Assembly: GCA_030390025.1 (NCBI GenBank)
Contig: CM059431.1
Span: 143,284,001-143,348,000 of the forward strand
Origin: Squalus acanthias
Lineage: Eukaryota
Length of the DNA: 64,000 nucleotides
Direction of reading: 5' to 3'
Of the stretch, positions 38,975-53,629 are shown piece by piece (positions within the stretch are counted from its first letter, which is position 1; every line of letters starts with the position of its first letter). The position numbers and the translations under genes are program-made. A model generated the notes under the pieces. The model did not search any database. It was given only the letters and a program-made list of their open reading frames with translations, and was not told the origin of the DNA.

Positions 38975-41900
38975 CTTCAGATACGGGCTTCGCTGACAAG
39001 GCCAGCATTTATTGCCCAAAGGTAGTTGCCCTTAAGAAGGTGCTGTGAGCTGTCTTCTTAAACCGCTGCAATCCATATGGTAAACGTGCTCCCTCAGTGT
39101 TGATAGGTAGGGATTTCCAGGATTTGGACCCAGTGACGATGAAGGAACGGTGATATATGTCCCAGTCAGGATGGTGTGTGACTTGAATTGGAAGCTGGAC
39201 GTTTCCAAGCGTCTGCTGTCCTGGTCCTACTCGGTGGCAGTGATTGCCGGTTCCGGAGCTGCTGTCCCAGAAGCCTTGGCGAGTTGCTGCAGTTCATCTT
39301 GTAGTTAGTACCCATTGCAGGAACGGTGCACCAGTGATGGAGGGAGTGTGTGTTTAACATAAAACCATAGGAACAGGAGTAGACCAATCTGCCCCTTGGG
39401 CCTGCTACACCATTCAATTAGATCAGGGATGATCTTTACCCTAACTATATCTATCCGCCTTCACTCCATATACTTTAATAACCTTGGCTAGCAAAAACCT
39501 ATCGATCTCCGATTTAAAATGATTAATTTCGCCAGCATCTACTGCTTTTTGTGGGAGGGAGTTCCAAACTTCCCCCACCATTTTCGTGAATTAGTATTTG
39601 CTAACTCCTCTCCTGAAAGGCCTTGCTCTGATTTAATGGTTCTGTTCCCTGTCCTAGACTGGCCAGACAGCGGATAACATTTCTCTCCACCCTGTCATAG
39701 AATCATCTAATCGTTACAGCACAGTAGGAGGCCATTCGGCCCGACCAGCCGGTGCTGGCTCTCTGCAAGAGCACTTCAGCTGGTTCCACCTCCCCGCCCA
39801 TTCCTCGTAACCCTGCAATTAGTTTCCCTTCAGGTACTTATCAAATTCCATTTTGAAAGCCACGATTGAATCTGCCTCCACCACCCGTTCAGGCAGTGCA
39901 TTGCAGATCATACCCACTCGCTGAGTAAAACAGTTTTTCGTCAAGTCGCCTTTGGTTCTTCTGTCACTCACCTTAAATCTGTGTCCTCTGGTCCTCGACC
40001 CTTCCGCTAATGGGAACAGTTTCTCTCTATCTACTCTGTCTGGGCCTCTCATGATTTTGAGCACGAAATCTGCTCTCAATCTTCTCTGCGCTAGTGAAAA
40101 CAACCCCTGTTTCTCCAGTCTATCCACGTAACTGAAGTCCTTCATCCCTGGAACCATCCCTGTAAATATTTTCTGAACCCTCTCTAAAGCCTTCACTTCC
40201 TTCCTAAAGTGCGGTGCCCAGAATTGGACACAATGTTCCATTTGTGGCCGAACCAGTGTTTTACAAACCTTCATCATAACTTCCTTGCTTTTGTACTCTA
40301 TACCTCTATTTTAAAAAGCACAGGATCCCGTATACTTTTTTAACCGCTTTCTCAACCTGGCCAGCCATCTTCAACGCTGTGTCTACATATATCCCCATGG
40401 CTCTCTGTTCCTGCAAGCACTTTAGAATTGTACTCTTTAGTTCATATTGCCTCTCCTCATTGCTCCTACCAAAATATATCATTTCACACTTTTCTGCGTT
40501 AAACTTCATCTGCCATGTGTCCGCCCAGTTCACCAGCCTGTCTTAGTCCTCTTGAAGACTATCCCTGTCCTCCTCACTGTTCACTATACTTCCAGGTTTT
40601 GTGTCATCCGCAAAATTTGGAATATTGCCATTTACACCCAAGTCTAATTCATTAATATATATCAAGAAAGCACTGGTCGTAGTAGCGACACGACGCCTGG
40701 GGAATGGCACTGTGTACCTTCCTCCAGTCCGAAAAACAACCATTCACCACTACTCTCTGTTTCCTGTCACTTAGCCAATTTCGTATCCATGCCGCCACTG
40801 TCCCTTTTATTCCATGGGCCTCAACTTTTCTGGCAAGCCTTGTACGTGACACTTTATCAAACGCCTTTTTGAAGTCCATGTACACTACATCAATTGCATT
40901 GCCCTAATCAAAACTTGCTGTTGCCTCATCAAAAAAATGCAATCAAGTTAGTTAAACACGATTTGCCTTTAACAATCCGTGCTGGCTTCCCTTAATATAC
41001 CATACTTGTCCAAGTTACTGTTAATTTTGTCCTGGATTATTCCCTTCAAAATGCTAAAAAATTATTTCACCTATTACCCTTCTATAATTCAATATAGAAG
41101 ATCAATGGGTGAAATAAATAGTTCATGTAATCTCTCCTAATTGTCTAACCCTTGGAACCCTGGTAACATTCTGGTGAATCTGCGCTGTAATCCTTCCAAG
41201 GCCAATATATCCTTTCTGAGGTGCGTTTCCCAGAACTGTAAACAGTATTCCAGATGTGGTCTAAGCAGGATTTTGTATAGCTGTAGCAACACATTCTACC
41301 CTTTACCTGATAGCCCTCTAGTTATAAATGCTAATATTCCATGAGCCGTTTAGATTATTTTGTATCTGACTAATACATTTTAATAATCTGTGTACATGGA
41401 CCCCTAAATCTGTTAGGACCTCCACTCTTCCTATCTTTCCACCATTCAAAATATTCAGATCTATCCTTTCTTTGATCCAAGATGTATATCCACACATTTA
41501 CCTGTATTGAAGTCCATCTGCCACAGTTTTGCCATTCACTTAATCTATCAATAACTCTTCGTAATATTATGTTCCCGTCTACATTACTTACTGTACCACC
41601 AACCTTTGTTTCATCGGCAAACTTGGATATATGACTTTCTATTTTGTTATGGAAGGCATTAATAAATGAACTCCTTGTGGGACACCAATAGTCACTTCCT
41701 TCCAATGCGAGTATATACTCATTAGCCCTACTCTCTATTCTACCGCCGAACCAGTATCTTAACCATGCCAATAATTTGCCTTCAACTCCATGAACTTTAA
41801 TTTGAGCGAACAATCTCTTATGTGGAACCCTATCGAATGCATTCTGGGATTCCATATGAACTATATCAATGTACGTTTTCCTCACTACCACCATAGTTAT

Positions 41901-43660
41901 CTCCTCAAAACAATTCAAATAGTTTCGTTAGACATGACCACCCATTTACAAATCCATGTTGGCTCTCTCTAATCAGCTCGATATTGTTGAAGTGTTCAGT
42001 CACGCTGTCTTTAATTATAGATTCCAAAAAACTGCCCTACAACAAACATAAGACTAAAAGGTCTATAAATTCCTGGTTTCTCTCTGACACCTTTCAGTAG
42101 AATCTTAAAATTGTTTTAACTTTCTCATTTTAGAACCTAGCATTGAATTCGATCATATTTTGCTCACTGTTAGATAATAGTTCACTTAATGTTAGATTAA
42201 TAATAAGACTGGCTCATTATTCATTACTAAATCTACTATGGCTTGCCCTCCTGTTGGTTCTTCAACTTATTGCTCCTGAAAACTATCTTGAATGGACTCA
42301 ATAAATTCACTACATTTCCGACTTGAGCTACTCTGCTCTTCACATTCTATCTGAAAGTTAAAGTCTCAAAATAAAACAACCATGCTTTTGCTATAATCCT
42401 CTCTAATCTCTGAATTAGCATATTCTATATCGTCATTCCTGCTATCGGGAAGCCTGTAGACAACACCCATTAAAGCTTTCATTACAAGCTTATTCCTCAA
42501 TTCCCACCACAGAGTCTCAGCTGAATATTAACCCTCACCTGTATACTCTCTTACTAATGCTGTAATATACCTTTAATCATTAAGGCTACCACTCATCCTC
42601 TTACAGATTCACTATCCTTTCTACAGAATAGATACCGTCGAATATTTATCTCCCAATCATGACCAGTTTACAGCATGTCCCAGTAATAACTACGATTAGT
42701 GCCCTGAAAGCTGTATTTAAGAAGATAAGCAATGGGAGCAGGAGTAGTGCCTACTAGCCCTCGAGCCTGCTTCACCATTCAACAAGATTTTGGTTGTTCT
42801 TCAACCTCAACTCCACCCTCCCACACTATCTTCATATCCCTTGATTCCGTTAATATCCAAAAATCTACTGATCTATGTCTTGAATATAATCAACGACTGA
42901 GCACCCACAGTCTTCTGGTGCAGAGAATTCCAAAGATTCGCAAACATCTGAGTGAAGAAATTCCTCCTCATCTCAGTCCTAAATTGCCGATCCCTTATTC
43001 TGAGACTGTGTTCCATAGTTCTAGACTCCCCAGCCAGTGGAAAACTCTCGCAGCATCTACCCTGTCAAGCCCTGTAATAAGTGTATATGTTTCAATGAGA
43101 CCACCTCTCATTGTTCTAAATTCTAGGGAATATGGGCCTAGTCTCTTCAATCTCTCCTCATAGGACAATCCCCTCATCCCAAGCAATCAGTCTGTTGGAC
43201 CTTCGTCGCACTCACACTAATGCAAGTATAACTTTCCTTAGGTAAGGAGACCAAAACTTCACACAGTACTCCAGGTGTGGTGCCACCAAGGACTGATATA
43301 ATTGCAGTACGACTTATTCACTCTTATACTCCAATCTTTAAAAACATTAAAGCTAACATATCATTTGATTTCCTAATTGCTTGCTGCACCTGCATGTTAA
43401 CTTGCAGTGTAAAAGGACACCCAGTTCCCTCTGAATCCCAACATTTCCCGATCTCCCAACACTTAAAAATATTCTGTCTTTCTATTTTTCCTACCAAAGT
43501 GGATAACTTCACATTTCTCCACGTTAGGTTCCATCTGCCATGTTATTTACCAATCACTTAACCTGTCTGTATCCCTTTGAATCATCTTTGCATCCTGCCT
43601 CACAACTTACTTTCACACCTAGCTTTGTATCATCAGCAATCGCGGATCCATTTGACAAAT
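38975..43660 (-). mobile_element. Stack of CR1 and CR1-group LINE fragments (~38975-39355, 39360-39690, 39690-41050, 41100-42700, 42720-43660)
   Basis: Repeated KAFDKV, FADDTK/FADETK and RPQxExCVQFW motifs, plus CR1 3' UTRs. Confidence 0.85.
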
Positions 43661-43789
43661 TTGAGCCTCCAATTCACTAAATTTATTTCTCATACCCCGT
43701 ACCTTAGTATCTAAAACTCTTATTTGGGAAAGAGACCCTAAGCTGAACTTTTGACCTGATGCTGTCTTTCTTACACCGTTTAACAACCG

Positions 43790-44425
43790 TTGGTTGTGGT
43801 GGTTGAAGATCAATCATCAAAGCCCCAGGACAACGCTGCACGAGTTCCTCAGGGCAGTGTCGTAGGCCTAATCATCTTCAGCTGCTTCATTAATGACCTT
43901 CCCTCCACCATACGGTCAGAAATGGGGATGTTCGCTGTTGACTACACAGGGTTGAGCACATTCACAACTCCTCAGATAATGAAGCAGTTCACGCCCGCCT
44001 GCAACAAGAACTGGACGATATAGAGGCTTGAGCTGATAAGTGGCAGGTAACATGCGCGCCACACAAGTGCCAGGCAATGTCCATCTCCAACCTGCGAGAG
44101 ACTCACCACCGCCCCTTCACATTCAACGGCATCACCATCGCCGAATCCCCCACCATCAACATCCTGGGGGTCACCATTGACCAGAAATTTAACTGGACCA
44201 GCCACGAGTGGTGATGACCTGGAATTCGCTGCCGACGGAAGTGGTGGAAGCGGAGACACTGATTGTTTTCAAGGGGAGACTGGCTAGGCATTTGAGGGAA
44301 ATAAACTTGCAGAGCTACGGGGATAGAGCGGGGGAACGGGACTGACTGCATTGATCTACAGAGAGCAGGCACGGATTCAACGGGCCGAATGGCCTCCTCC
44401 TGTTCCGTTATGAATCTATGATAAC
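43790..44425 (+). mobile_element. CR1-group RT fragment joined to a CR1 3' tail
   Basis: VPQGSVVGLIIFSCFINDLP. The tail resembles 33250-33440. Confidence 0.8.
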
Positions 44426-45827
44426 TTAACAGAATTCTTATCTGTCAATTCTGCTGTAACTACTTTAATTATTTTAGTATCCCCTTCACCTGGCGTGTCA
44501 CTGTGGTGACTTGAACTCTGCTCATATACGTTTTTATCGCTGAATTATCATTTTTCTGTTGTTTTTGACTGAGCCCTGTCCCTACCCCATTGGAATAGTT
44601 TAATGTTAATTTTTGCCCCGCTATTTATCCTTTCCACTAGGACTTCGGTTTCAGCCCTGTTCAGGTACAGCCTTCGCCCAGCACTGTCCCATGAAATGAA
44701 GCCCCTCCCTCCCACAACACTCATCCAGCCACGTGTTCAACATTCTGGTCTGTTTGACTCTATGGCAATTAGCACGTGATAATCGGATAATAATCCTGAG
44801 ATTCGCACCCTTGAAGACAGGTTTTAATGTAACCCCTCACGCCACATACTCCCTCAGAAAGAACTCCTCACTTTTTTACCTTTAGTCACTGGTGCCGACA
44901 TGAACCACGACTAACCCCACTTGGCATAAGCTGATGGGTAAACGGAGTAAATGAATCCTGGAATTTCCGATAATCCTCCCTCTGTGTGTGAGGCCCCGCT
45001 CGGGGAGGGAACTTCTGTAACCTCCGCAAAAACGGTCGAGCAAATTGTAGACTCAGATTAATGGGAAATAAAGTGAGAGACTCCCCTCTCCTATAAATTA
45101 GTTGCGCAGGAACATTTAAACTTGTAACGGTGCAGAATAAACTCTCATTTTTTTCAAAACATCCCGTGGGGCGGATTTTACAGCAGCAGCCATCGCCGTT
45201 TCCAATTCTGTTTTGCAATTTACAATTGAATCTGCCCCAACTCCACTTTCAGGTATTGCATTCCCGATAACAACAACTCGCTGTGCAAAAAAATGTTTCC
45301 TCATGTCGCGTCTGGTTCTTTTGTCAATTACCTTGAAATTCGCAAAAGAGTTTGTAACAGGGCGGGTCAATATGATTGGAGCTATTTGCTTGTGTAGCGG
45401 ATAAAGAAAGACATTGACTGGTTGGGCGGAATGGATTGTTTCCGTGTTGTAACATCGATGTATTTTTGTGTACATTGAGGTCTCTCGATTTAGCATTAGT
45501 ATTAGGATCCTGGGAAAATGATTGGGGATCTCAGGGTGTTAGAGCAGTGGGGATCAGGGAGCAGTGGGGATGTGGCCTAAAGGTTTGTGAACAGAGAGAA
45601 CGGCTCTGGAGTTAGGTAGTTGGGGCAAATATGAAACGTGGCTGTCTGGGATCCAGAAATTCGAACAACTCGGAATGTACATGTGTCTTTGAAAGATTTT
45701 GCCGAGGTGAGAGTCGAACCCGGTATTGGCAGCTGTTCAACATTTGCCGTAAGGCTCGGCCTCTGATGCCACAATTTGACTAGGGATTGACTCGTCTGTG
45801 AATCTTGTCCATACCTCACCTGGGAGA

Positions 45828-45937
45828 TTCTCTCACTGCTAACTTACCTGACGAAGGAGCGAACTGCTTCGAAAGCTTGTAAAATTAAATAAATCTGTTG
45901 GACTATAACCTGGTGTTGTGCGACTTCTCATTTTTGT
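45828..45937 (+). mobile_element. 110-bp Penelope-type terminal fragment with minimal hammerhead ribozyme motif
   Basis: 12-bp TSD tcacctgggaga (45816-45827 / 45938-45949). CTGACGA-a-ggagc-gaact-gcttc-GAAA-gct at 45848-45877, then AATAAA. Confidence 0.75.
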
Positions 45938-46383
45938 TCACCTGGGAGAGCTTGACAATGACATGCACTTGGAATTTTATCGTGTAACCGTACCGTGCCG
46001 TACCTGAGTTAGTTTGTTTCATTGGATAGTGTCAGAGGAGCTTTACGCTGCAATGACCACATGCTGTATCTGAGTTGTACCTTCTTGCGGAACCAAAATA
46101 TAGCGAGATTTACACTGTATTTAACCCCTGCCGTACCTGCCCAGGGAGTATTTGATGGGACAGTAGAAAGGAAGATTAATAGAGTATCTAACCCGTACCG
46201 TACCTGTCCTGAGAGTATATGATGGGCAGTGTAGAGGGAGTTTTAGTCTGTATCTAACCCGTGCTGTACCTGCCCTGAGAGTATATGATGGGCAGTGTAG
46301 AGGGAGCTTTACTCTGTATCTAACCCGAGCTGTACCTACCCATGGAGGGTTTGATGGGATAGTGTAGAGGGAGCTTTACTCTG

Positions 46384-48018
46384 GTGAGACTCTAAACAAT
46401 TATATTGGATCGGTATTCACGGTAGAAGACACTAAACACATCCCAATAATAATAGATAATCAAGGGGCTAAAGGGAGGGAGGAACTTAAAACAATCTCTA
46501 TCACTAGAGAAAAAGTATTCGGCAAAATAATGGCTATAAAGACCGACAAGTCCCCTGAACGCGATTACCTGTATCCTAGGGTCTTAAGAGAAGTGGCTGC
46601 AGAGATACTGGTTGCGTTGTTTGTAATCTACCAAAATTCCCTGGATTCTGTAGAGGTCCCAGCGGATTGGGAAACCGCAAATGTAACGCCACTATTCAAG
46701 AAAAGAATCAAGCATAGTCAACATTGTTTTATGAAAGGGAAATCGAGTTTGACAAATTTGCTAGAGTTCTTTGAGGATGTAACAAACAGTGTGGATACAG
46801 GGGAACCAGTAGATGTAGAGTATTTGGATTTCAAGAAGGCATTCGATAAGGTGCCACATAAAAGGTTACTGCACAAGATAAGTGCTCACGGGGTTGGGAG
46901 TAATATATTGGCATGGCTAGGGGATTGGCTAACTAACAGAAAACAGACAGTCGGGATAAATGGGTCATTTCCCGGTTGACAATCAGTAACTATTGGAGTG
47001 CCACAGGGATCAGTGCTGGGGCCTCAACTATTTGCAATCTATATTAATGAATTGGATGAAGGGACCGTGTGTACTATAGCCAAATTTGCTGAAGATACAA
47101 AGATAGGTGGGTTAGCAAGTTGTCAGGAGGACACAAAGAGTCTGCAAAGGGATATAGATCGGTTAAGTGAGTGGGAAACATTTGGCAGATGGAGTATAAT
47201 GTGGGAAAATGTGAGGTTAACCACTTTGGAATGAAGAATGAAAAAACTAATTATTATTTAAATGGAATGAGACTACAAAATGTTGCAATACAAAGGGATC
47301 TGGGGGTCCTAGTACATGAAACACAATAAGTTAGCATGCAGGTACAGCAAGTAATTAGGAAGACTAATGCAATGTTGGCCTTTATTGCAAGATGTATGGA
47401 GTATAAAAGTAGATAAGTTTTGATGCAACTTTACATGGCGCTGGTGAGACCGCACCTGGAGTACTGCGTAAAGTTTTGGTCGCCATATTTAAGGAAGGAT
47501 ATATTTGCATTGGAGGCAGTGCAGAGAAGGCTCACTAGATTGATTTCTGGGATGAAGGGCTTGACGCATGGTTAAGCATGTTGGGCCTATACTCATTGGA
47601 GTTTAGAAGAATGAGAGGTGATCTGAGTGAAACATATAAGATTCTGAGCGGGATTGACAGGGTAGATGCTGAGAGGATGTTTCCCCCAGTGGGGGTATCT
47701 AGAACTAGGGGGCATAGTCTCAGAATAAGGGGTCGCCCATTTAAGACAGAGATGAGGAGGAATTTCTTCTCTCAGTGGGTCGTGAATCTTTAGAACTCTC
47801 TGCCCCAGAGAGTTGTGGAGGCGGATTCATTGAATATATTTAAGGCGGAGATTGACAGACATTTGAACTACAAGGGAGTCAAGGGGTATGGGAAGAGCGG
47901 GAAAGTGGTTTTGAGGCCAAGATTGGATCAGCCGTGATCTTATTGAATGGTGGAGCAGCCTTGAGGGCCCGACTGGCCAACTCCTGCTCCTGTTTCTTAT
48001 GTTTTTGTATGTTTCTCT
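46384..48018 (+). mobile_element. CR1 LINE inserted into the 67-bp satellite
   Basis: RT motifs and a 3' UTR. The satellite breaks after ctttactctg and resumes at tgtatctaac. Confidence 0.92.
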
Positions 48019-49199
48019 TATGTATCTAACACGTGTCCTAGTTGCCCCTGGAGTGTTGATGGGACAGTGTAGATGGAGCTTTACTTTGAATCTAACCCGT
48101 CCTGTACCTGCCCTCGGAGAGTTTGAGGGGAGATTGTAGATGGAGCTTTACTCTGTATGTAACCCGTCCTGTTCCTGCCCTCGGAGAGTTTGAGTGGAGT
48201 TTGTAGATGGAGATTTACTATGTATCTAACCCGTGCTGTACCTGCCTTCGGAAGGTTTGATTGCACGGTGTAGATGGAGCTTGACTCTGTATCTAACCCA
48301 TGCCGTACCTGCCCAGGGAGTGTTTTATCGTACAGTGTTGAGGGAACGTTATCCTATATCTTACGGGTACTGTTCCTAAGCCGATGATTCAACCACTTGA
48401 TAGCACTGATGATCCCTCCGCTTATTCTCTCTGATGCTCTGAGCTGGGTCGGAGACAGGTCTGAATGCATAACGTGTGTACATGCCCAATGAGACTGCGC
48501 AGCAGGAGCAGAGCCTGGCTATGTGACCCTGGAACATATCGACTGGGCGGAGCACCGGCTGCTTTGTGACATTACTCCTGGCTGCTGCATGAATGGCTCC
48601 TGTCTCCTTTGTGATGTCACCCGCAGACAGGTTTCCGCCCCTGGTTACGCCCCATCAGTGGTGTGTCATTGTGGGCGGAGCTGGAGTTGGCAGCAGATAT
48701 TGTGAATGATGTTAATGCGTATAAATACGGGAAAACAAAATAACTAGTTAAAATTAAAGTATGTAATTCAAATAAATTGTAAATATTTTAAAATTAACTA
48801 TATTAATATTCACACAAATGGTCTCATTGTTTTTCTGTAATAAATTCTCTAATTAAGATGAATCATGTTTATGTTAAAACTTTCTTTGATTGAGCAGTAT
48901 CCCAGGAAGGTGGAGAGAGAGAAGTCGAATCATCACTACACTAACTGGGACAGGAGAAAGGTCGCTAGGTTCATACAGAAGATTTGGTGGGACCAAGACC
49001 CCCAGTGTCGAAGACCAAAAACAGGAAGTTTCAATAATGATTGGAAATGTGAGGAGCCTTATTGAGAATCTCTTCAGTCGATGATTTTGCCGAGGTTAGA
49101 CTTTAACAAGGTTTTGGGAGAAGTTTGGCATCTGGCATAAAACTCGGCATTTGATGCGATAATTTGACTGGGAATTCACTGGTATTTAAAACTAGCCAA

Positions 49200-52030
49200 T
49201 ATCTCTAGTTCTTGTCCTGCTCTACAGAGGGAATAGTTTATTCTATCAGCTCTATCAAAACTCACATCATCTTGAAGACCTCTATTATGTAACTTCTTAA
49301 CTTCTCTGTTCCAAGGATAATAGTCCTAACTTTTCCAACTGCTCCTCATAACTGAAGACCCTCATCCCCGGCAACATCCTGGTAAACCTTATCTGTTCGT
49401 TTTCTAAGGCCTTTACATCCTTCCTGAAGTGTGGTCCTCAGAATTGTCAACAATACTCCAGCTGAGGATTTACCAGTGATGCATAAAGTTCTAGTATGAG
49501 ATTTTAGATTTTATATTCTATTCTTTTATTAAAAACCCAAGTAAACCATCTGATTTTGAACCACTTGTCATGTTGCCCTGCCACCTTTAAGGATTTGTGT
49601 ATATGGACACCAAGGTCCCTCTGCTCATTTGAACTTTTCAAAATTGTGCCATTTATAGCACACTGCCTTTCCATTTTAGTCCTCCCAAAGTGCATCACTT
49701 CACACTTCTCCGCACTTCTCTGCCATGCTTCTTCCCTTCGCACCATTCTCGCTATGTTATCCTGAAGACTATAACTGTCCTCAACACTTTCATCTACGTT
49801 TCCAAGTGTATCATCTGAAAACTTGATAATACTGCTCTCTGGGCTGTTTATAGAAAAGAATAATGACCCAAAATGACGTTTGATGAAAACCATGAACAGC
49901 TACCCCCAGCCCCGCCCCACGCCCCCAGTTTGAAAAAAACATCCATTCACTTCCACCATTGGCTTCCTGTCTTAGAGCCTATTTTGTATCCTTACCACCA
50001 CTTTCCCCATAAATCAATCGGCTTCCATCTTCTTAATAAGCCACATATCCAAGTTTGCCGATCACACAAAGATAGGTGGCTTTGTAACAATGTAGATGGA
50101 AGCATAACATTACAAAGATATATTAATAGATTAAGTGACTGGACAGAACTGTGGCCAATTGATTTTAATGAAGGCAATTGTGAGGTAATCGACCTTGGAC
50201 GTAAATGGATAGATCAGCGTACTTTGTAAATGGTGACTAGCTAGAAACACTGAGGGTCCAAAGAAAACTATGGTTCCATGTACAGAGATAATTAAAATGT
50301 AATGGACAGATACAGCTATACAAATCCCTGGTTAAACCACAGATGGAATACTGTGTTCAGTCCTGGGCACCACACTTTCGGAAGGATGTATTATCTTGGT
50401 GGGAGAGCAGTGTAGATTTACCAGAATGATCCATGGACTCCAAGGGTTATATTATGAGGAGAGATTACACAAACGGTAGGATTCCCTGGAATTTAGAAGG
50501 TTCAGGTGTGAATTGAACGAAGTTTTTAAGATGTTAAGGGGAACTGATAGGGTAGATAGAGAGAAACTATTTCCGATGATTGGGGAGTCTGGGTCTGGGG
50601 GACAATTCTATATGCAAAGTTGGTAGACATTTGGAACTCTCTTCCACAAATGGCAGTTGATGATGGGTTAATTGTTAATTTAAAATCATAAATTGATGGA
50701 TTTTTGTTAACTACATTTATTAGGGGTTATGTGCCAAAGGCGGGTATATGGAGTTCGGTCCGAGATCAGCCATGATCTCAATGAATGGGAGAACAGGTTC
50801 GAGGGTCTAAATGACCTATTCCTCTTCCTGTTTAATGTCACTGCACCAATGTGGAGATTACACTCGCGATATAAATGAACACCTGATCAGGGACTTGAAT
50901 CCTGGACGTTCAGGTTATAAGGTCTGAGCTCTTGAACAGCGGCGTCAGATGTGAGAAGTGCTGTTTCCCAGTTATCTGTGTTGGACCTTCAACTTTTCAC
51001 CATATTTATTAATGACTCATTGTACAAAAGATCATCCACTTTGGAAACAAGTAAGATAACTCGGAATATTTTCTAAATGTTGAGAAGCTATTAACTTGAG
51101 GAGCAAAGAGGTTTGTGAGTCCCAGTTCACAAATCATTAAAAACTAGTATACATGGGCAAACATGCGTTTGATAAAGTCCCGCATAAGACAAAGTTAGAT
51201 AAACTTGATGCTCGTGGAATTGAAGGCAAATTATTGTCCTGGTTAAGAAACTGTTTGAGTGATAGGATACAGAGTGTACGGATAATGGGCAGGTACTTCA
51301 GCTGGCAGGATATGACTAGTGGTGTCCCGAGGGTTTTGTGTTGGGGCCTCACCTATTCACCGTATTTATTAACGACATATCTGATGAGAATGAGAGCCAC
51401 ATATCCAAGTTGGATGATGACACAGATAGGCGACATTGTAAGCAGTGTAGATGGAAGCATAAAATTACATCGAGATATTAATAGATTTAGTGATTGGGCA
51501 AAATTGTGGCAATTGGATTTAAGTATTGGCAAGTGTGAGGTCATCCAGTTAGGACCCATAAAGGATAGATCAGAACACGTTCTAAATGGTGAAACGCTAG
51601 AAAATGTGGAGGCCCGAAGAGACTTAGGGCTCCATGCTGGCGGCGTCCACACGTCCAATGAATAAAAGTATCATTAAAATATCATGGGCAGGTAAACAAT
51701 GAAAAAGGCTAATGGAAAGCTGGGGTTTATATCTAGAGGACTACATTATAGGGGTGTGCTACTGATGCTCCATCGATACAAAGCCCTGGTTAGACCACAG
51801 CTGGAGGACTGGGTTCAATTCTGGGCACCTGAGGAAGGTTGTATTAGCTTTGGAGATATTAAGGTGAATCAATAGGGGAGATATAAAGAAACAATTTCCG
51901 ATGGTTGGGAAGTCTAGGACTGGGGGACAAAGCCTCAAAAATTAGAGCCTGGAGTGAAGGTAGGAAACAATTCGACGTGCAAAGGATGGTAGAAATTTGG
52001 AATTTCCTTCGGCAAATGGCAGTTTTTCAG
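49200..52030. mobile_element. Old CR1 fragments (minus ~49200-50040; plus ~50045-50830 and ~51140-52030)
   Basis: KFSDDT, AFDKVPH and SGVP motifs, heavily decayed. Confidence 0.75.
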
Positions 52031-52034
52031 TTGT

Positions 52035-53205
52035 GAGGTGAGAGTGACTGCCCTTGACAACAAGGCAGCATTTGACCTAGTGTGGCATCAAGGGGCACTA
52101 GTACAATTGAAGTCGATGGTAATCAGGGGTAAAACTCTGCACTTGCTGGAGTCATACCGAGCACAAAGGAAGATGGTTGTGGCTGCTGGAGGCAAATCAT
52201 TTCAGCCCCAGGACAGCGCTGCAGGAGATCCTCAGGGCAGTGTCCTAGGACCAACCATCTTCAGCTGCTTCATCAATGACCTTCCCTCCATCATAAGGTC
52301 ACAAGGGGGAATGATCACTGATGACTGCACAGTGTTCAGTTCCATTCACAACTCTTCAGATAATGAAGCAGTCCATCCCCGCATGCAGCAAGACGTGGAT
52401 GACATTCAGGATTGGGCTGATAAATGGCAAGTAATATTTGCGCCACACAAGTGCCACGCAATCACTACCTCCAACAAGCAAGAGTCTAACGACCGTATCT
52501 TGAAATTCAACGTGATTACCATCGCCGAATCCCCGACCATCAACATCCTGCGGGTCACCATTGACCAGAAACTAAACTTGACCAGCCACATAAATACTGT
52601 GGCAAAAAAAGCAGGTCAGAGGCTGGGTATTCTGCAGCATGTGTCTCACCTCTTGACTCCCCAAAGACTTTCCACCATCTACAAGGCACAAGTCAGGAGT
52701 GTGGTTGAATACTCTCCACTTGCCTGGATGACTGCAGCTCCAACAACACTCAAGAAGCTCGACACCATCCAGGACAAAGCAGCCCGCTTGATTGGCACCC
52801 TATCCACCACCTTAAGCCTTCACTCCCTGTAACACCGGCGCTGCTGCAGTGTGTACCATCTGCAAGATGCACTGCAGCAACTCGCCAAGGATGCTTCGAC
52901 AGCTCCTCCCAAACCTGCAAACTCTACCACCCAGAAGGACAAGGGCAGCAGGTGCAGGGAACACCATCACCTCCAAGATCCCCTCAAAGTCACATATGAA
53001 CCTGACTTGGAAATATATCACCATCCCTTCCTCGTTGCTGGGAGAAAATCCTGGAACTCCCTTTCCAACCAGCAATATGGGAGCACCTTCACCACACAGA
53101 CTGCAGCGGTTCAAGAGGGCGGCTCACCACCTTCTGCTCAAGGGAGTATTAGCAATAGGAATTAAATGCTGGCCTTGCCAGCGACGCCCAGATCACAAGA
53201 ATGAA
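52035..53205 (+). mobile_element. CR1-group LINE RT 3' part with tail
   Basis: ALDNKAAFDLVWH, PQGSVLGP, ITDD, YKAQVRSVVEY. Confidence 0.9.
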
Positions 53206-53629
53206 GAAAAGAAGAATTATTGGTGAAGATTAAAAAAATAAATAAATAGTTGCTTTTTAACTTTTTCTTTTGTCTCTTGCATCGCTCACTCTCCCATTCA
53301 CATCTTTCTTTTCACTTTTCATTTCGCTTTGGGTGCATGATTGGTCACTGAATTAACTATTCGAATTTACACTTCCTGGTTCAGCCGCTGAGAGCCTCAG
53401 TAACGATTATTTAATCTGATTGGTTGAGGAGATGCACAGTTGCTTGCCTTGTTCACCCGGGTCCCAGATCCCCTGTAGAGGGCGCCGCGCTGTTTTGGAT
53501 TTCTTAGCGCCGCAACTTCCAGCGCAAAAGCCCGGAGAAAGTCTGTGGGCAAGTCATAATGTAATGAAAGTCGAGCGCCGTTAGTTCACTGCTGACTGCA
53601 AAATCCAGGCCAAAATTTATGACATTTGA

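Larger units (their letters stand above)
45690..49200 (+). repeat. Inverted copy of the 30-32 kb cassette block, with 67-bp satellite arrays (~46090-46383, ~48020-48360)
   Basis: 45690-46090 resembles rc(30750-31030). 48370-48720 resembles rc(31420-31700 and 31940-32000). 48720-49200 resembles rc(29930-30410). Confidence 0.85.

Noticed and set aside
50880..50935. tRNA-Lys-like sequence on the minus strand
   Set aside because: Partial and mismatched, no full cloverleaf; probably a SINE or tRNA relic.
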